64,000 nucleotides of DNA from a virus. Positions within the stretch are counted from its first letter, which is position 1. Every line of letters begins with the position of its first letter. The notes beneath the pieces were generated by a model. That model ran no database searches. It was not told the DNA's origin and saw only the letters and a list, made by a program, of their open reading frames with translations. This document shows positions 9,964-19,205 of this stretch, piece after piece. The stretch covers positions 29,894 to 93,893 of IMG/VR virus record IMGVR_UViG_3300032293_001730. One strand, given 5' to 3'. A program made the position numbers and the translations under genes.

Positions 9964-10840
9964 AGTCTTCTACAGCGACGACTACTGCCGTGCATCGCAC
10001 GCGTTCGACACGACACGCAAAGCCGCCTGGATCGCCGATTCGCTTCGCAGCCGGCCGATTCCTGGCATTGAAGTTGTCGAGCCACGGCCGGCGATGCTCG
10101 TCGAGGTAGAGCAGGTCCACTCCCGAGACTACGTCGAGGCGATTCGCACGGGCGACCCGGACAGCGTCGCGTCGTCGAGCGGCCTACCGTGGTGCCCGGA
10201 CACGCTCACGGCCGTGCTCGCGAGCACGGGAGGCATGATCGACGCCGTTCGCGAGGCTGCGAAGTCCGGGCTCGCCGGTTCGTTGTCGAGCGGCATGCAC
10301 CACGCGAGGCGGGATTACGGCATGGGCTTCTGCACGTTCAACGGCCTTGCCATCGCCGCCCATGAGGCCGAGCTTTTGGGGTTCAATGACATCTTGATCC
10401 TCGATCTTGACGCGCACGGCGGTGGCGGAACCGCTTCTCTTATTTCTGGGAAAGTACGGATAAGCCAACTCGACCTCGTCGTCGACCCGTTCGACCTGGG
10501 TGAGGGCTCGATCGACCTGTCACGGCGGAGCCCGATCGACTACCTGACGGTGCTCGACTCGACGCTCCACGAGTTGTCGCCAGACATCGTGATCTACAAC
10601 GCCGGCATGGACGTCGCCGTGGGCGACTGCGGCCCGCTCGGCTTCGACTCGAACATCATCGCCGCCCGGGAGGCCACGGTTTTTTCGTGGGCTGCCGAGC
10701 GTTCGATTCCGATCTGCTACGCGATGGCCGGGGGATACACGGGCCCTGACCGATCTCGCGGCCTGCTCGTAGCTCACCACCGCTGCACCATCCGGGCGGC
10801 GGAGCAAATTTTCTCTCAGCGTCAAGGAGCGACGGTATGA
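9956..10840 (+). CDS. Histone deacetylase/AcuC-AphA family Zn-dependent deacetylase
   Basis: VHSRDYV, GMHHA, GFCTFNGLAIA, ILDLDAHGGGGT, YNAGMD, AGGY motifs. Confidence 0.9.
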   Translation: MHKVFYSDDYCRASHAFDTTRKAAWIADSLRSRPIPGIEVVEPRPAMLVEVEQVHSRDYVEAIRTGDPDSVASSSGLPWCPDTLTAVLASTGGMIDAVREAAKSGLAGSLSSGMHHARRDYGMGFCTFNGLAIAAHEAELLGFNDILILDLDAHGGGGTASLISGKVRISQLDLVVDPFDLGEGSIDLSRRSPIDYLTVLDSTLHELSPDIVIYNAGMDVAVGDCGPLGFDSNIIAAREATVFSWAAERSIPICYAMAGGYTGPDRSRGLLVAHHRCTIRAAEQIFSQRQGATV

Positions 10841-11061
10841 ACTGTGCGAATTGCGTCTTCTGGAACTCGAACCCCGTCATGCAGCCCCCGGTGCCGGGCA
10901 TGCCGCCGCAGATGCCTCTGCCCCAGGGCCTCGGTCAGTGCCGACGCAACGCTCCGTTTCCGCTTCCGATGCCGCCGATGGGCATGCAGCAAATGCCCCC
11001 GCTCCAGTGGCCGGTCACGACGGCCAACGACACCTGCGGCGAGTGCAAGGTGAAGGAATGA
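10837..11061 (+). CDS. Small Cys-rich, Pro/Met-rich protein
   Basis: CxxC.W...GQCRRNAP...WP.T..D.CGEC; coupled on both sides. Confidence 0.6.
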   Translation: MNCANCVFWNSNPVMQPPVPGMPPQMPLPQGLGQCRRNAPFPLPMPPMGMQQMPPLQWPVTTANDTCGECKVKE

Positions 11062-11453
11062 GCAACGTCAACCACCCTGCCCACTACAACTCGCACCCGA
11101 GCGGCGTTGAAGCGATCGAGATCGCCGAGCGGCTGTCGTTCAATCTCGGCAACGCCATCAAGTACCTGATGCGACGGAAGCACAAGGGCCGAGAACTTGA
11201 AGACCTGCAAAAGGCCCTCTGGTACACGAAGCGGGAGCACGAGCGGCTCTCGAAAAACACGAGAGAGGTCTGGGGCCTTCCGCCCGGAGACGTCTACGAG
11301 AAGGCAATCATGGTCGTCTCCGCCGAGGATTGTCCGGATATGGGCACCGCGATGGGGCTCATTGCGCTCGCGAGTTGGTCCGAGTCGGCAGCGAGGCTCG
11401 TGTTCCTCGCGGCGAGGTTGATCGAGGAAGAGATTCAGGAGCTATCGAAGTGA
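11058..11453 (+). CDS. DUF3310-domain protein
   Basis: VNHPAHY, EAIEI, FNLGNAIKYLMR...KG..EDLQKALWY. Confidence 0.85.
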   Translation: MSNVNHPAHYNSHPSGVEAIEIAERLSFNLGNAIKYLMRRKHKGRELEDLQKALWYTKREHERLSKNTREVWGLPPGDVYEKAIMVVSAEDCPDMGTAMGLIALASWSESAARLVFLAARLIEEEIQELSK

Positions 11454-11552
11454 TGCTCCTCACGTTCGCGGCCTTTGCGTCGGCCATTCTTTTGTTGTGT
11501 GCCGCCAAAAACGGCGAGACCTGACTGAAATTTTTAGGCACGGAGGCCACCG

Positions 11553-11663
11553 ATGAACGAAGACTTGAGTCGATTCGTCCCGACGATCATCACGATCTCG
11601 ATCATTGCAGTCTCGACGATCTCCTTTTTCGTCGGCCTCATCATCGGGGCGGCCGCCGGATGA
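11553..11663 (+). CDS. Small membrane peptide
   Basis: RBS GGAGG; MNEDLSRFVPTIITISIIAVSTISFFVGLIIGAAAG; stop overlaps the MTase start. Confidence 0.5.
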   Translation: MNEDLSRFVPTIITISIIAVSTISFFVGLIIGAAAG

Positions 11664-12394
11664 AGAACGTCATTCTCAGGGGCGACTGCCTGAAGGTCCT
11701 GCCGACTCTCCCGAGAGAGAGCGTCGACCTCGTCGTCGCGGACCCGCCATACAACATCGGCGTTGACTACGGCAACGGCAAGAAAGCCGATCGCCGCGAC
11801 GACTACTGGGGCTGGTGCGAGCGGTGGATCGGCTGGTGCTACCGAGCACTCAAGCCGACGGGATCGCTCTGGATCATCAGCGGCCAGGAGCACGGCGCGG
11901 AGATCGACATCGCGATCCAGCGTGCTGGGATGACGATGCGGAACCGGATCACTTGGCATGAGACATTCGGCGTCTATTGCCACGGGAAGTTCGGCCGCAC
12001 GAGCCGGCCGCTCTTCTACGCGACCAAGTCTCCGAAGGGCTTCACGTTCAATCGCGAGGCCGTCACGATCCCGTCCGCTCGACAGGCGAAGTACGGCGAC
12101 AGGCGTGCCGCCCCGGGCGGGAAAATCATGGGCGACGTGTGGCAGATCAATCGCGTCTGCGGCACGTTCAAGGAACGCGTCAAGGGTGTGCCCACGCAGC
12201 TTCCCGTGGAACTCGTGCAGCGAATCATCGGCGTGTCGAGCAATCCCGGCGACATCGTGCTCGACCCGTTTGCAGGCAGCGGAACGTCCCTCGTCGTCGC
12301 GAAGGCGATGGGGCGTGAGGCGATTGGGATCGAACTGAACCCCGACTATGCCGCCATCGCGAGTCGGCGTTTTGAAGGAGCGAAGACAGCATGA
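11660..12394 (+). CDS. DNA N6-adenine/N4-cytosine methyltransferase (beta class)
   Basis: DPPY precedes VLDPFAGSGTS; GIELN. Confidence 0.92.
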   Translation: MKNVILRGDCLKVLPTLPRESVDLVVADPPYNIGVDYGNGKKADRRDDYWGWCERWIGWCYRALKPTGSLWIISGQEHGAEIDIAIQRAGMTMRNRITWHETFGVYCHGKFGRTSRPLFYATKSPKGFTFNREAVTIPSARQAKYGDRRAAPGGKIMGDVWQINRVCGTFKERVKGVPTQLPVELVQRIIGVSSNPGDIVLDPFAGSGTSLVVAKAMGREAIGIELNPDYAAIASRRFEGAKTA

Positions 12395-12708
12395 GCGCGA
12401 GAATGTGGCCGTACCTGATCGAAGCCGTTGAGCAATGGGCATTGGATCGCAGGATTATCCCCAACTCGTCACCGCAGGCTCAGCTAATGAAAACGATGAG
12501 CGAACTCGGAGAACTTGCCGACGCCACGCTCAAGGACGACGACGAAGGAATCGTCGACGGACTCGGTGACGTTCTCGTGACGCTCGTCATCTACGCGAAG
12601 CTCCAGGGAGTCGATCTGGGGGCTTGCCTCGCTTCCGCATACGACGTCATCAAGGATCGTCGCGGAACGCTCACGCCGGAGGGCGTCTTCGTGAAGGAGG
12701 AGCCATGA
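12391..12708 (+). CDS. MazG-like nucleotide pyrophosphohydrolase
   Basis: QLMKTMSELGELA...IVDGLGDVLVTL...AYDVIKDRRG. Confidence 0.85.
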   Translation: MSARMWPYLIEAVEQWALDRRIIPNSSPQAQLMKTMSELGELADATLKDDDEGIVDGLGDVLVTLVIYAKLQGVDLGACLASAYDVIKDRRGTLTPEGVFVKEEP

Positions 12709-13043
12709 GGCCTCTCCTCTACATCGCGGCCCCGTACACTCGGCCCGAGCCGGTCCACAACCTGCACGGCGTCTGCCGTGTGGCGATGGAAATCTACGAG
12801 CGGACGGAGTGGTGCCCGTTTGTGCCGCACCTGTCGCTCGTATGGCAGGCGGTGACGCCACGAGACTACGACCACTGGATCAATTACGACCTGCATGTCA
12901 TGCGGCAATGTCAGGCGGTGGTCCGGCTTCCAGGCGAATCTCCCGGCGCGGACGGCGAGATCGAGGAAGCGAAGAGACTTGGGATCAGAATTGTGTCGCT
13001 TGAAGAACTGCCGCCCGAGGCCCTGGAGCACTGGCACCTATGA
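12705..13043 (+). CDS. DUF4406/nucleoside 2-deoxyribosyltransferase-like protein
   Basis: LYIAAPYT, ESPGADGEIEEAKRLGI. Confidence 0.7.
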   Translation: MRPLLYIAAPYTRPEPVHNLHGVCRVAMEIYERTEWCPFVPHLSLVWQAVTPRDYDHWINYDLHVMRQCQAVVRLPGESPGADGEIEEAKRLGIRIVSLEELPPEALEHWHL

Positions 13044-13249
13044 AACTTATTTCGGAAGCCGTTGGCACCATCGCGTTCATCGCGACCTTGTATCTCATCT
13101 TGGGATTCATCGTGATGACGGCGTGGAACTGGTCGATGCCGCCGCTTTTTTCGTTGCCTCGTGCGACGTGGCTCAACGGAGTGGGCCTCGCACTTTTGGC
13201 GGCGTCTTTTCGTCCGGCGAATCGCCCTATTGCAAAGCCGCAGCAATAG
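13040..13249 (+). CDS. Small two-TM membrane protein
   Basis: Hydrophobic ORF coupled to the upstream gene. Confidence 0.55.
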   Translation: MKLISEAVGTIAFIATLYLILGFIVMTAWNWSMPPLFSLPRATWLNGVGLALLAASFRPANRPIAKPQQ

Positions 13250-13258
13250 GTGTATGAT
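13230..13258 (+). promoter_or_regulatory. Sigma70-type promoter (divergent relative of the array promoter)
   Basis: TTGCAA-17 bp-TATGAT, overlapped by the inverted repeat CCTATTGC..GCAATAGG. Confidence 0.65.
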
Positions 13259-13284
13259 TGGGCTCCCCTTCAGGAGAAGCCCAC

Positions 13285-13653
13285 ATGCCCACCAAGATTC
13301 TGACCAAAGCTGACGAGATCGCGACCATCCGCGAGTTCGTCGTCAGCCTGCCCGAAGTGTCCTATCTGCGGTCGGCCCTGGAGCCGTTCGCAGAGGAGTT
13401 CGCGAGGGACATCTACTCGGACCTCGTGCCCCAGGTGCGTGACTCCTGGAACGCCAGGATCGAGGCCGATCGTGAGACGAAGGTCGCACGCGAAGAGCTT
13501 CGTGCTGTCCAGGCGGAGATCAAGAAGGCCCGCCAGGAGGCGGCCATCGAGGCGGCCCGCATCATCCGGCTCCGTGATGCTTTCCAGAGCATCAGGACGT
13601 CGGCCGGTGCTGGCGAACGTGCGATCAACGAGATTGTCGAGTCACTCAAGTAA
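13285..13653 (+). CDS. Hypothetical coiled-coil protein
   Basis: RBS CAGGAG; MPTKILTK... Confidence 0.65.
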   Translation: MPTKILTKADEIATIREFVVSLPEVSYLRSALEPFAEEFARDIYSDLVPQVRDSWNARIEADRETKVAREELRAVQAEIKKARQEAAIEAARIIRLRDAFQSIRTSAGAGERAINEIVESLK

Positions 13654-13671
13654 AGTCTGGAGACGATAACC

Positions 13672-14070
13672 ATGATCGAACTCAAGGAACCGTTTTTCAT
13701 CTCGTCGAGGCTTCTGCCTGCCGTGAAGGTCGGTGGAACGACGGTGAGCATCGAGTACGCCGGCACCCGGCTGCCGGACGGTCGCGTTCCATATCGGTAC
13801 TTCCTCGACTTCCCCGACGGGACGGAGCACGTCGGAGAGGACCTGAAGTCGGGAGCGTTCGGAGGGACGCTGCGGCAGGGAATGGAGTCCCTGCTTGCGT
13901 TCCTCGAAGCATGCGGAGAGTCGAGAAATCCACGCTACGGAGACCACGGCGAGAACGCGGACCTGTTCCCCGAGTTGATCGGAGACTGGGCGTATCAAAA
14001 CAGCGACGAGATCACGAGCGTCAGGCTCTGGATCGAGGAGACGGATGGGTGCTGCATTGAAACTCGTTAG
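13672..14070 (+). CDS. Hypothetical protein
   Basis: ORF follows AAGTCTGGAGAC (box B variant). Confidence 0.65.
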   Translation: MIELKEPFFISSRLLPAVKVGGTTVSIEYAGTRLPDGRVPYRYFLDFPDGTEHVGEDLKSGAFGGTLRQGMESLLAFLEACGESRNPRYGDHGENADLFPELIGDWAYQNSDEITSVRLWIEETDGCCIETR

Positions 14071-14423
14071 GGTCGCTTCAGGTTGGTACGAGACGCGGTG
14101 TGGGCGGTACTCCGTCCTCGTCGCGAACGGAGCCTGGAAGGCCGTCGAGAACGGAACACTTGCAAGCGAAGCCTTTCGCACGAAGCGAGAGGCGGTCGAA
14201 TCAATTGCACGGAGGCTGACGGAGGAACGGACAACAGCGTAGGAGGGAAGGCATGGTCACAGCCTTATTAGGTTAACGCTCCGCCGTGAGCGTCAGCGGC
14301 TTGTCAACACGGCCGCATCGGTCGCCCAGTCGGAAGGTGGCGAGTAACGTCCGACATAGTCCTTTGCATCTCCTGGCGGGGCCGGCACTGTGCCCAAGCG
14401 GTGCCGGCCCCGTTTTGCTTCGC

Positions 14424-14452
14424 TTGCCAATGCTGCGGGGTCGGTGTATACT
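14424..14452 (+). promoter_or_regulatory. Array promoter, type B (left palindrome arm degenerate)
   Basis: TTGCCA ATGCTGCGGGGTCGGTG TATACT. Confidence 0.75.
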
Positions 14453-14474
14453 TGAGCGACCACTGGAGGAAGCG

Positions 14475-15011
14475 ATGAAGACCACCATCCTGACACACGA
14501 CGCACTCGGCAACCCGATTCACACTTTCACCGTCACCTTCACCGAGGTATGCGGCGAGGGGCGGTCATGGTCCTGCCGCATTCGAGAAACGGATCGCACG
14601 ATCGTCGGGCAGTGGGCCCGTGCCGTGAACTGTCTCGCCAAAGACCCTTCGATCGGGCGGGTACGGTGCGACAGGCTTGGGCCAAGGATTTTTTGGCAAC
14701 CAGAAGAAGGGCCGAGGCTTGGGGCTCTGGGCACGATCGTCGTCCACCTTGATTCCGGAGAAACGGTCAAGATCAAAGCCGTGGCGACGTACAGCCGGCC
14801 GGCAATCTCCTGGAAGTACGAATACCTGCTCGATTCGGCGGGTCGCGTCCCGCATGTCGGGGCAAAGAAGTGGATCGGCCGAGTAGACGGAGAAGTCCGG
14901 TTCATCGTTCAGAAGGACGGCGGCACCTGGAAATCGTCCACTGCGGACTGGGTGGACCGCTCGAAGACGAAGGAAGAAGCGTTCTCGAAGTGCGAGGAGA
15001 AGCTGAAGTGA
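14475..15011 (+). CDS. Hypothetical protein
   Basis: RBS GGAGG just after the promoter. Confidence 0.6.
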   Translation: MKTTILTHDALGNPIHTFTVTFTEVCGEGRSWSCRIRETDRTIVGQWARAVNCLAKDPSIGRVRCDRLGPRIFWQPEEGPRLGALGTIVVHLDSGETVKIKAVATYSRPAISWKYEYLLDSAGRVPHVGAKKWIGRVDGEVRFIVQKDGGTWKSSTADWVDRSKTKEEAFSKCEEKLK

Positions 15012-15448
15012 AGTACATCTACCACGACGGCGGCCGCGAGGCTGCCGGATACTCGGGCAAGGCCTCGGACTGCGTGTGCCGGTCCATCGCCATCGCGTCG
15101 GGCATCGACTACCAGGAAATCTACGATCGTCTCGCGGACGGCAACGCCACGCAGCGTGGGGCGTCTCGTGGCCGCACGGCACGCAACGGCATCATCACGC
15201 AACGCCAGTGGTTCAAGGACTACATGGCGTGGCTCGGGTTCGAGTGGACGCCCACGATGAAGGTCGGCCGGGGCTGCACGGTCCACCTCCGGTCCGAGGA
15301 GCTTCCCCTCGGTCGACTCGTGGTGGCGGTGAGCAAGCACTACACGGCGGTGATCGACGGCACGATCTACGACACGCATGACTGCTCCCGTGGTGGGACG
15401 CGGTGTGTGTACGGGTACTGGACCTGGAAGGGAGAGGCTCATGTCTAA
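15008..15448 (+). CDS. Conserved-looking phage protein (DGGR..AG...DCV.RSIAIA...H)
   Basis: GTG overlaps the upstream stop; Cys...His pair could be a peptidase-like dyad (inference). Confidence 0.6.
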   Translation: MKYIYHDGGREAAGYSGKASDCVCRSIAIASGIDYQEIYDRLADGNATQRGASRGRTARNGIITQRQWFKDYMAWLGFEWTPTMKVGRGCTVHLRSEELPLGRLVVAVSKHYTAVIDGTIYDTHDCSRGGTRCVYGYWTWKGEAHV

Positions 15449-15875
15449 AGCTGACTACGAAATCGTTCTCGCGTTTCGCGACATCGTGTTCATCGTCGAC
15501 CTCGACCGAGGCGGGCGGAGCGTCACGAACGACGCCGAGGCTGTCTGGGCTGAGGTCCAGTCGCAGCGTCCAGGCGTTCGACTCGTCTACCGCGACTCTA
15601 TGGGGCGGTGGGACGAGATCATCGGCGGCTCGGAGTTCAAGCCATACCACGGCGACCGTCCGGCGATCGAGGTCTGCGAGTGCTGCGAGCGAGTGTTCAG
15701 GAAGTGGGACCGCTGCACGAACGGCCGGTGCCCGAGGTGCCACGACAGGCATTGCACGAGCGGCGGCGAGACGTGCCCAGGTCACGGCCGGCGTTGGCCT
15801 GAGGGCGTCGTCGGGGACGTCGAGCACGAGAGGAAGATCGAGGGTCTCAGGAAGAAATATGGGGTGACGGCATGA
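15441..15875 (+). CDS. Hypothetical protein with Cys-rich C-terminus
   Basis: SVTNDAE.V, YRDSMGRWD, CECC..C..C..C. Confidence 0.6.
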   Translation: MSKADYEIVLAFRDIVFIVDLDRGGRSVTNDAEAVWAEVQSQRPGVRLVYRDSMGRWDEIIGGSEFKPYHGDRPAIEVCECCERVFRKWDRCTNGRCPRCHDRHCTSGGETCPGHGRRWPEGVVGDVEHERKIEGLRKKYGVTA

Positions 15876-16291
15876 TCTACGCGAAGCACAAACGATTCGT
15901 TCTCTACGGCGGCTATCTCGGGAACAGCAAGCTCACGTTCCGATTCGATCCTCACGACGACAATTCCAGCGTCGAGAAGAAGATCGGGCAACGGTGGGTG
16001 CCTGTGTTCCCTCGCAAGTATCGCTTCTGCGAGGACCTCGCCGATGAGGCTCGCATTTGCGAGGCGAGGGCAAGGCGAATTCCGGAGGACCTGTTCCGGT
16101 GTGAGTGGCGGATGATCAGCGATCGGCTCGACGCTCCAGTCAAGGGCTCCGGCGCCGTCCACTACAAGCCGACGAGGTGTGGGTATTTCTGCGGAACTGA
16201 CAAGCACGTCACCTCCAACGAGCGGACGACGGACGTCCGCAAGGTGACGTGCGATGGCTGCAAGAAAGCTATACGGGAGGCTGTGAGATGA
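15872..16291 (+). CDS. Hypothetical protein
   Basis: Coupled ORF; C-terminal VTCDGC. Confidence 0.55.
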   Translation: MIYAKHKRFVLYGGYLGNSKLTFRFDPHDDNSSVEKKIGQRWVPVFPRKYRFCEDLADEARICEARARRIPEDLFRCEWRMISDRLDAPVKGSGAVHYKPTRCGYFCGTDKHVTSNERTTDVRKVTCDGCKKAIREAVR

Positions 16292-16566
16292 AAAAGATCG
16301 CCTGGATCACCTGGGGCCTGCCCCAACCGCAAAAGGTCGAGGTGGTCGGTCCTCTGAGGCCCGGCAACACGATCGTGAAGTTCAAGGGCGTGTCGCCGTC
16401 CGTACCGGACGAACACATCCACGAGACGGAAGCGGCCGCGTGGTCGAGACTCATCAGAGACGCAGAGAGAAACTTGGATCACGCAGTCGCGAGGCTGGAG
16501 TGGCTCCGCCAGGAGCGAGAAAACTGTTTGACCAATACACCGACAGCGGAGACAATGAACCCATGA
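16288..16566 (+). CDS. Hypothetical protein
   Basis: RBS GGAGG; coupled ORF. Confidence 0.55.
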   Translation: MKKIAWITWGLPQPQKVEVVGPLRPGNTIVKFKGVSPSVPDEHIHETEAAAWSRLIRDAERNLDHAVARLEWLRQERENCLTNTPTAETMNP

Positions 16567-16835
16567 TGAAGAAACCCAAATACGTTCTGGAGCCGAGCAG
16601 CGAGCGTCGCGTCGCGGCCCGCGAGGCCGCCCGTATCCTCGACTGTTCGATGGGGCACTTGCGAGCACTGGCCCGCAAAGAGGTCCTCAAGTCCTGGAAG
16701 ATCGGCCCGAGCACGGTGCTGTACAGCCTCGACGAGATCGTGGCCTACGGCACTGAAAAGGCCAAGGGCCGGAAGGCCGGCAAGGTTCGCGGCGCTCGGC
16801 CCCAGGGATTCTCGCCAGACCTATCCGGCGAATAA
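16563..16835 (+). CDS. Excisionase/MerR-like HTH protein
   Basis: AAREAARILDCSMGHLRALARKEVLKSWKIG. Confidence 0.75.
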   Translation: MMKKPKYVLEPSSERRVAAREAARILDCSMGHLRALARKEVLKSWKIGPSTVLYSLDEIVAYGTEKAKGRKAGKVRGARPQGFSPDLSGE

Positions 16836-16868
16836 AACTCCCGTCTTTCTCGGCCATTTGCGGCCCAC

Positions 16869-16897
16869 TTGCAATGCACCGAGACCGGTGGTATGAT
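16869..16897 (+). promoter_or_regulatory. Array promoter/operator, type A
   Basis: TTGCAA TG CACCG AGAC CGGTG G TATGAT. Confidence 0.85.
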
Positions 16898-16922
16898 GCT
16901 GGGGTCACGAGGAGACATCGAC

Positions 16923-17138
16923 ATGAAAACGGTTCGTCCAATCTCGTTCTTCCCGCCGTCGTCCGGCAAGGGCAAGTGGCACGCGGCCGCTGCGTGCAGC
17001 ACCCTCTCGGCGTGCGGCTCGGGGGCGACGGTCAACTCGCTCGGGTTTCAGCGGATTCAGGTCGAGGGCGGAGTCGATGCGAAGTGGGTTCATCCGATTT
17101 GTTGCCGTCGGTGTCTCAAGCAAGCCTGCGGGGAGTAA
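16923..17138 (+). CDS. Small Cys-rich hypothetical protein
   Basis: RBS GAGGAGA; WH..C..CG..CCRRC. Confidence 0.6.
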   Translation: MKTVRPISFFPPSSGKGKWHAAAACSTLSACGSGATVNSLGFQRIQVEGGVDAKWVHPICCRRCLKQACGE

Positions 17139-17142
17139 CACG

Positions 17143-17661
17143 ATGCCCTACAAATTCCTTCGAGTCACGAGCAACGACGGCCGGTGCGAGAAGTGCGGCA
17201 CGGCCTGCCCGAAGCGTCGGGTCGAGGTGCTGCCCGTCGACGCCGATGGCAACGCCTGCGGAGAGGTGCAACTCTGGGGCGTGAACTGCGCCGCCTTCGC
17301 CCGCTACGGCAGCAAGTCGCAGCGGCACCAGCAGGCCGTCGTCAACGAGGCCGTTACCGCCGAGGCTGGTCGCGCCTACTGGGAGAAGGCCCGCCTGGGG
17401 CGTGTCGCCGTCGCCGGTCAATCCTACGACTTCGGCGGGCCGGCGACTGTCGTAGTCTGCGGCAGCGGCGAGAACTCCTGCCCAGAGGGGCTTGCCAACC
17501 GCCTGTACCACCGCACCGGCCGAAACCTGATCGGCAGCTACTTCGCTCGCGGCCCCCAGGGCGAGGTTGTGCGTGTCGACGGCAGCGACGCGGCCGACGT
17601 GCAGTTCTTCGCGGATCGTGGGTATGTTCAGTGCTCGAACCCCGTGGAGGCTGCGACATGA
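17143..17661 (+). CDS. Hypothetical Zn-ribbon protein
   Basis: CEKCG...WGVNCA. Confidence 0.6.
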   Translation: MPYKFLRVTSNDGRCEKCGTACPKRRVEVLPVDADGNACGEVQLWGVNCAAFARYGSKSQRHQQAVVNEAVTAEAGRAYWEKARLGRVAVAGQSYDFGGPATVVVCGSGENSCPEGLANRLYHRTGRNLIGSYFARGPQGEVVRVDGSDAADVQFFADRGYVQCSNPVEAAT

Positions 17662-17879
17662 ACAAGCCCCAAAGGCTGTACGAGGTCACCACACCGGCTG
17701 GCAAAGTGCTGCCGCTCCGGCGAGGCCTCCAGTTCCGCCACAAGCGAATCATCGACGCCCAGTGCGTCGTCACCCGGGTGTGTCGCGGCATGGTGTACTA
17801 CAAGGTCCTCCCCAATAGCTCCAGCGACTGCTTCCCCGTCGACCAGTTCGACCGATGGGCCGAAATCCCCGTGGAATAG
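17658..17879 (+). CDS. Hypothetical protein
   Basis: Coupled ORF ending GTGGAATAG just before the next promoter. Confidence 0.55.
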   Translation: MNKPQRLYEVTTPAGKVLPLRRGLQFRHKRIIDAQCVVTRVCRGMVYYKVLPNSSSDCFPVDQFDRWAEIPVE

Positions 17880-17885
17880 CCCCCC

Positions 17886-17914
17886 TTGCAATGCACCGAC
17901 GTCGGTGCTATACT
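17886..17914 (+). promoter_or_regulatory. Array promoter/operator, type A
   Basis: TTGCAA TG CACCG ACGT CGGTG C TATACT (perfect 16-bp palindrome). Confidence 0.9.
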
Positions 17915-17937
17915 TGGGGCACCCCAGGAGAAATACC

Positions 17938-18873
17938 ATGACCGACCTCAGCATCCTCTCGCCCTCCGAAGTCGACACGATCTACCTGAAGCGGCTTGCC
18001 TCCTACGACCGTGCTGCGAACGCCCTCGGCTATGCGACCGACCGCGTCCTCCGCGAGTCGGGCGATCAAGTCGGCGTCCAGACCGGCCGCCGCGCATGGT
18101 CCTGGCACATCGTCCGCAAGGGCACGACCCTGCCGAGCTACCCGGTCTACGCCGACGTCCAGCCGCACCTCCTGACGGTCCAAGAGTGCGTCGACGGCCG
18201 TCTGGCGTCGGCTGAAAGCCTGGACGCCCTGGCCCAGGCCACGACCGTCTGCCGCGAGGCCCAGTCGGCCTGCCGCGAGGTCGAGGTCGAGTACGCTCGC
18301 CGACCCTGGAGTCGCTACTGGCTCGTCACGTCGAGCGACGGGCACATCCACCGCTCGTGCCATTGCTCGACGTGCAATAAGGGCCTCCGCCGCACGGGGT
18401 TCGCTCTGACGCCGTTCCTGAGCGGCAAGTCTGACGCCGATGCCGTTGCCGACCTGGGCCCGGCGCTGTGCAGCGTCTGCTTCCCGGACGCCCCGGTCGA
18501 GTCGAGGGAGCAGTCCCGCATCCCGGCCCGGCTCGCCCTGGCCCTCGCCGAGGAGGGCGTCGAGGCCTTCCAGAAGGCTCGCCAGGAGGCATCGGCCAAG
18601 CGGGCCGCTCGGTGCCCCGGCTCGGGCCAGCAAGGCATCCTGGACGGCCACCGGGCCTTCCACAAGTGCCCGGTCTGCGGCGAGTCTCAGCGGGCCACCG
18701 CAGGCGGCAAGTTTCGGCCCCACAAGCCGGCCCAGTTCTACATCGAGAACAACGACTACAAGGCCTGGAACGGCTCTGCCTGGGGCCCCCGCACGAAGGC
18801 CGCGATCTACGGGTCTTTCGACGAGGCCGAGGCGGTGGCGGCTCAGGTCAACGGCAAAGCGAGGAGGAAGTGA
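17938..18873 (+). CDS. Hypothetical Cys/His-rich phage protein
   Basis: GHIHRSCHCSTC, LCSVCFPDAPV, CPGSG..CPVCG; RBS CAGGAG. Confidence 0.7.
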   Translation: MTDLSILSPSEVDTIYLKRLASYDRAANALGYATDRVLRESGDQVGVQTGRRAWSWHIVRKGTTLPSYPVYADVQPHLLTVQECVDGRLASAESLDALAQATTVCREAQSACREVEVEYARRPWSRYWLVTSSDGHIHRSCHCSTCNKGLRRTGFALTPFLSGKSDADAVADLGPALCSVCFPDAPVESREQSRIPARLALALAEEGVEAFQKARQEASAKRAARCPGSGQQGILDGHRAFHKCPVCGESQRATAGGKFRPHKPAQFYIENNDYKAWNGSAWGPRTKAAIYGSFDEAEAVAAQVNGKARRK

Positions 18874-19118
18874 TGGAACTCGAAGAACCGCTCGATCCGA
18901 AGGAAGCCGCAGCCGCCATCCGGGGCATCGTGACGAACTGGAGGGCCTGCACTCAGGCCGCCGGGCTCGCCAAGAAGGCCGGGAGGGGCCGGGACGCCGT
19001 CGAGCCCCTGGCTGCCTCCCTGGCCGCGATCATCGAGGCTGCGGCGTGGCTGTCCCAGGGCGACGGCGAGGACCGGCTCGCCCTGGCCCGGGCGGTGGCC
19101 GAGGGGCTTGTGTCATAG
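18873..19118 (+). CDS. Hypothetical protein; stop supplied by box A
   Basis: Ends CTTGTGTCATAG (LVS*). Confidence 0.6.
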   Translation: MELEEPLDPKEAAAAIRGIVTNWRACTQAAGLAKKAGRGRDAVEPLAASLAAIIEAAAWLSQGDGEDRLALARAVAEGLVS

Positions 19119-19134
19119 GCCGAAAACGACCCCC

Positions 19135-19163
19135 TTGCAATGCACCGAGGCCGGTGCTATACT
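19135..19163 (+). promoter_or_regulatory. Array promoter/operator, type A
   Basis: TTGCAA TG CACCG AGGC CGGTG C TATACT. Confidence 0.9.
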
Positions 19164-19205
19164 TGAGGCAGACGGGACGAGAAACCACTAACCAGGAGAC
19201 GACCA

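Noticed and set aside
11660-12394. Restriction-modification system
   Set aside because: No adjacent restriction endonuclease; this is an orphan phage methyltransferase.
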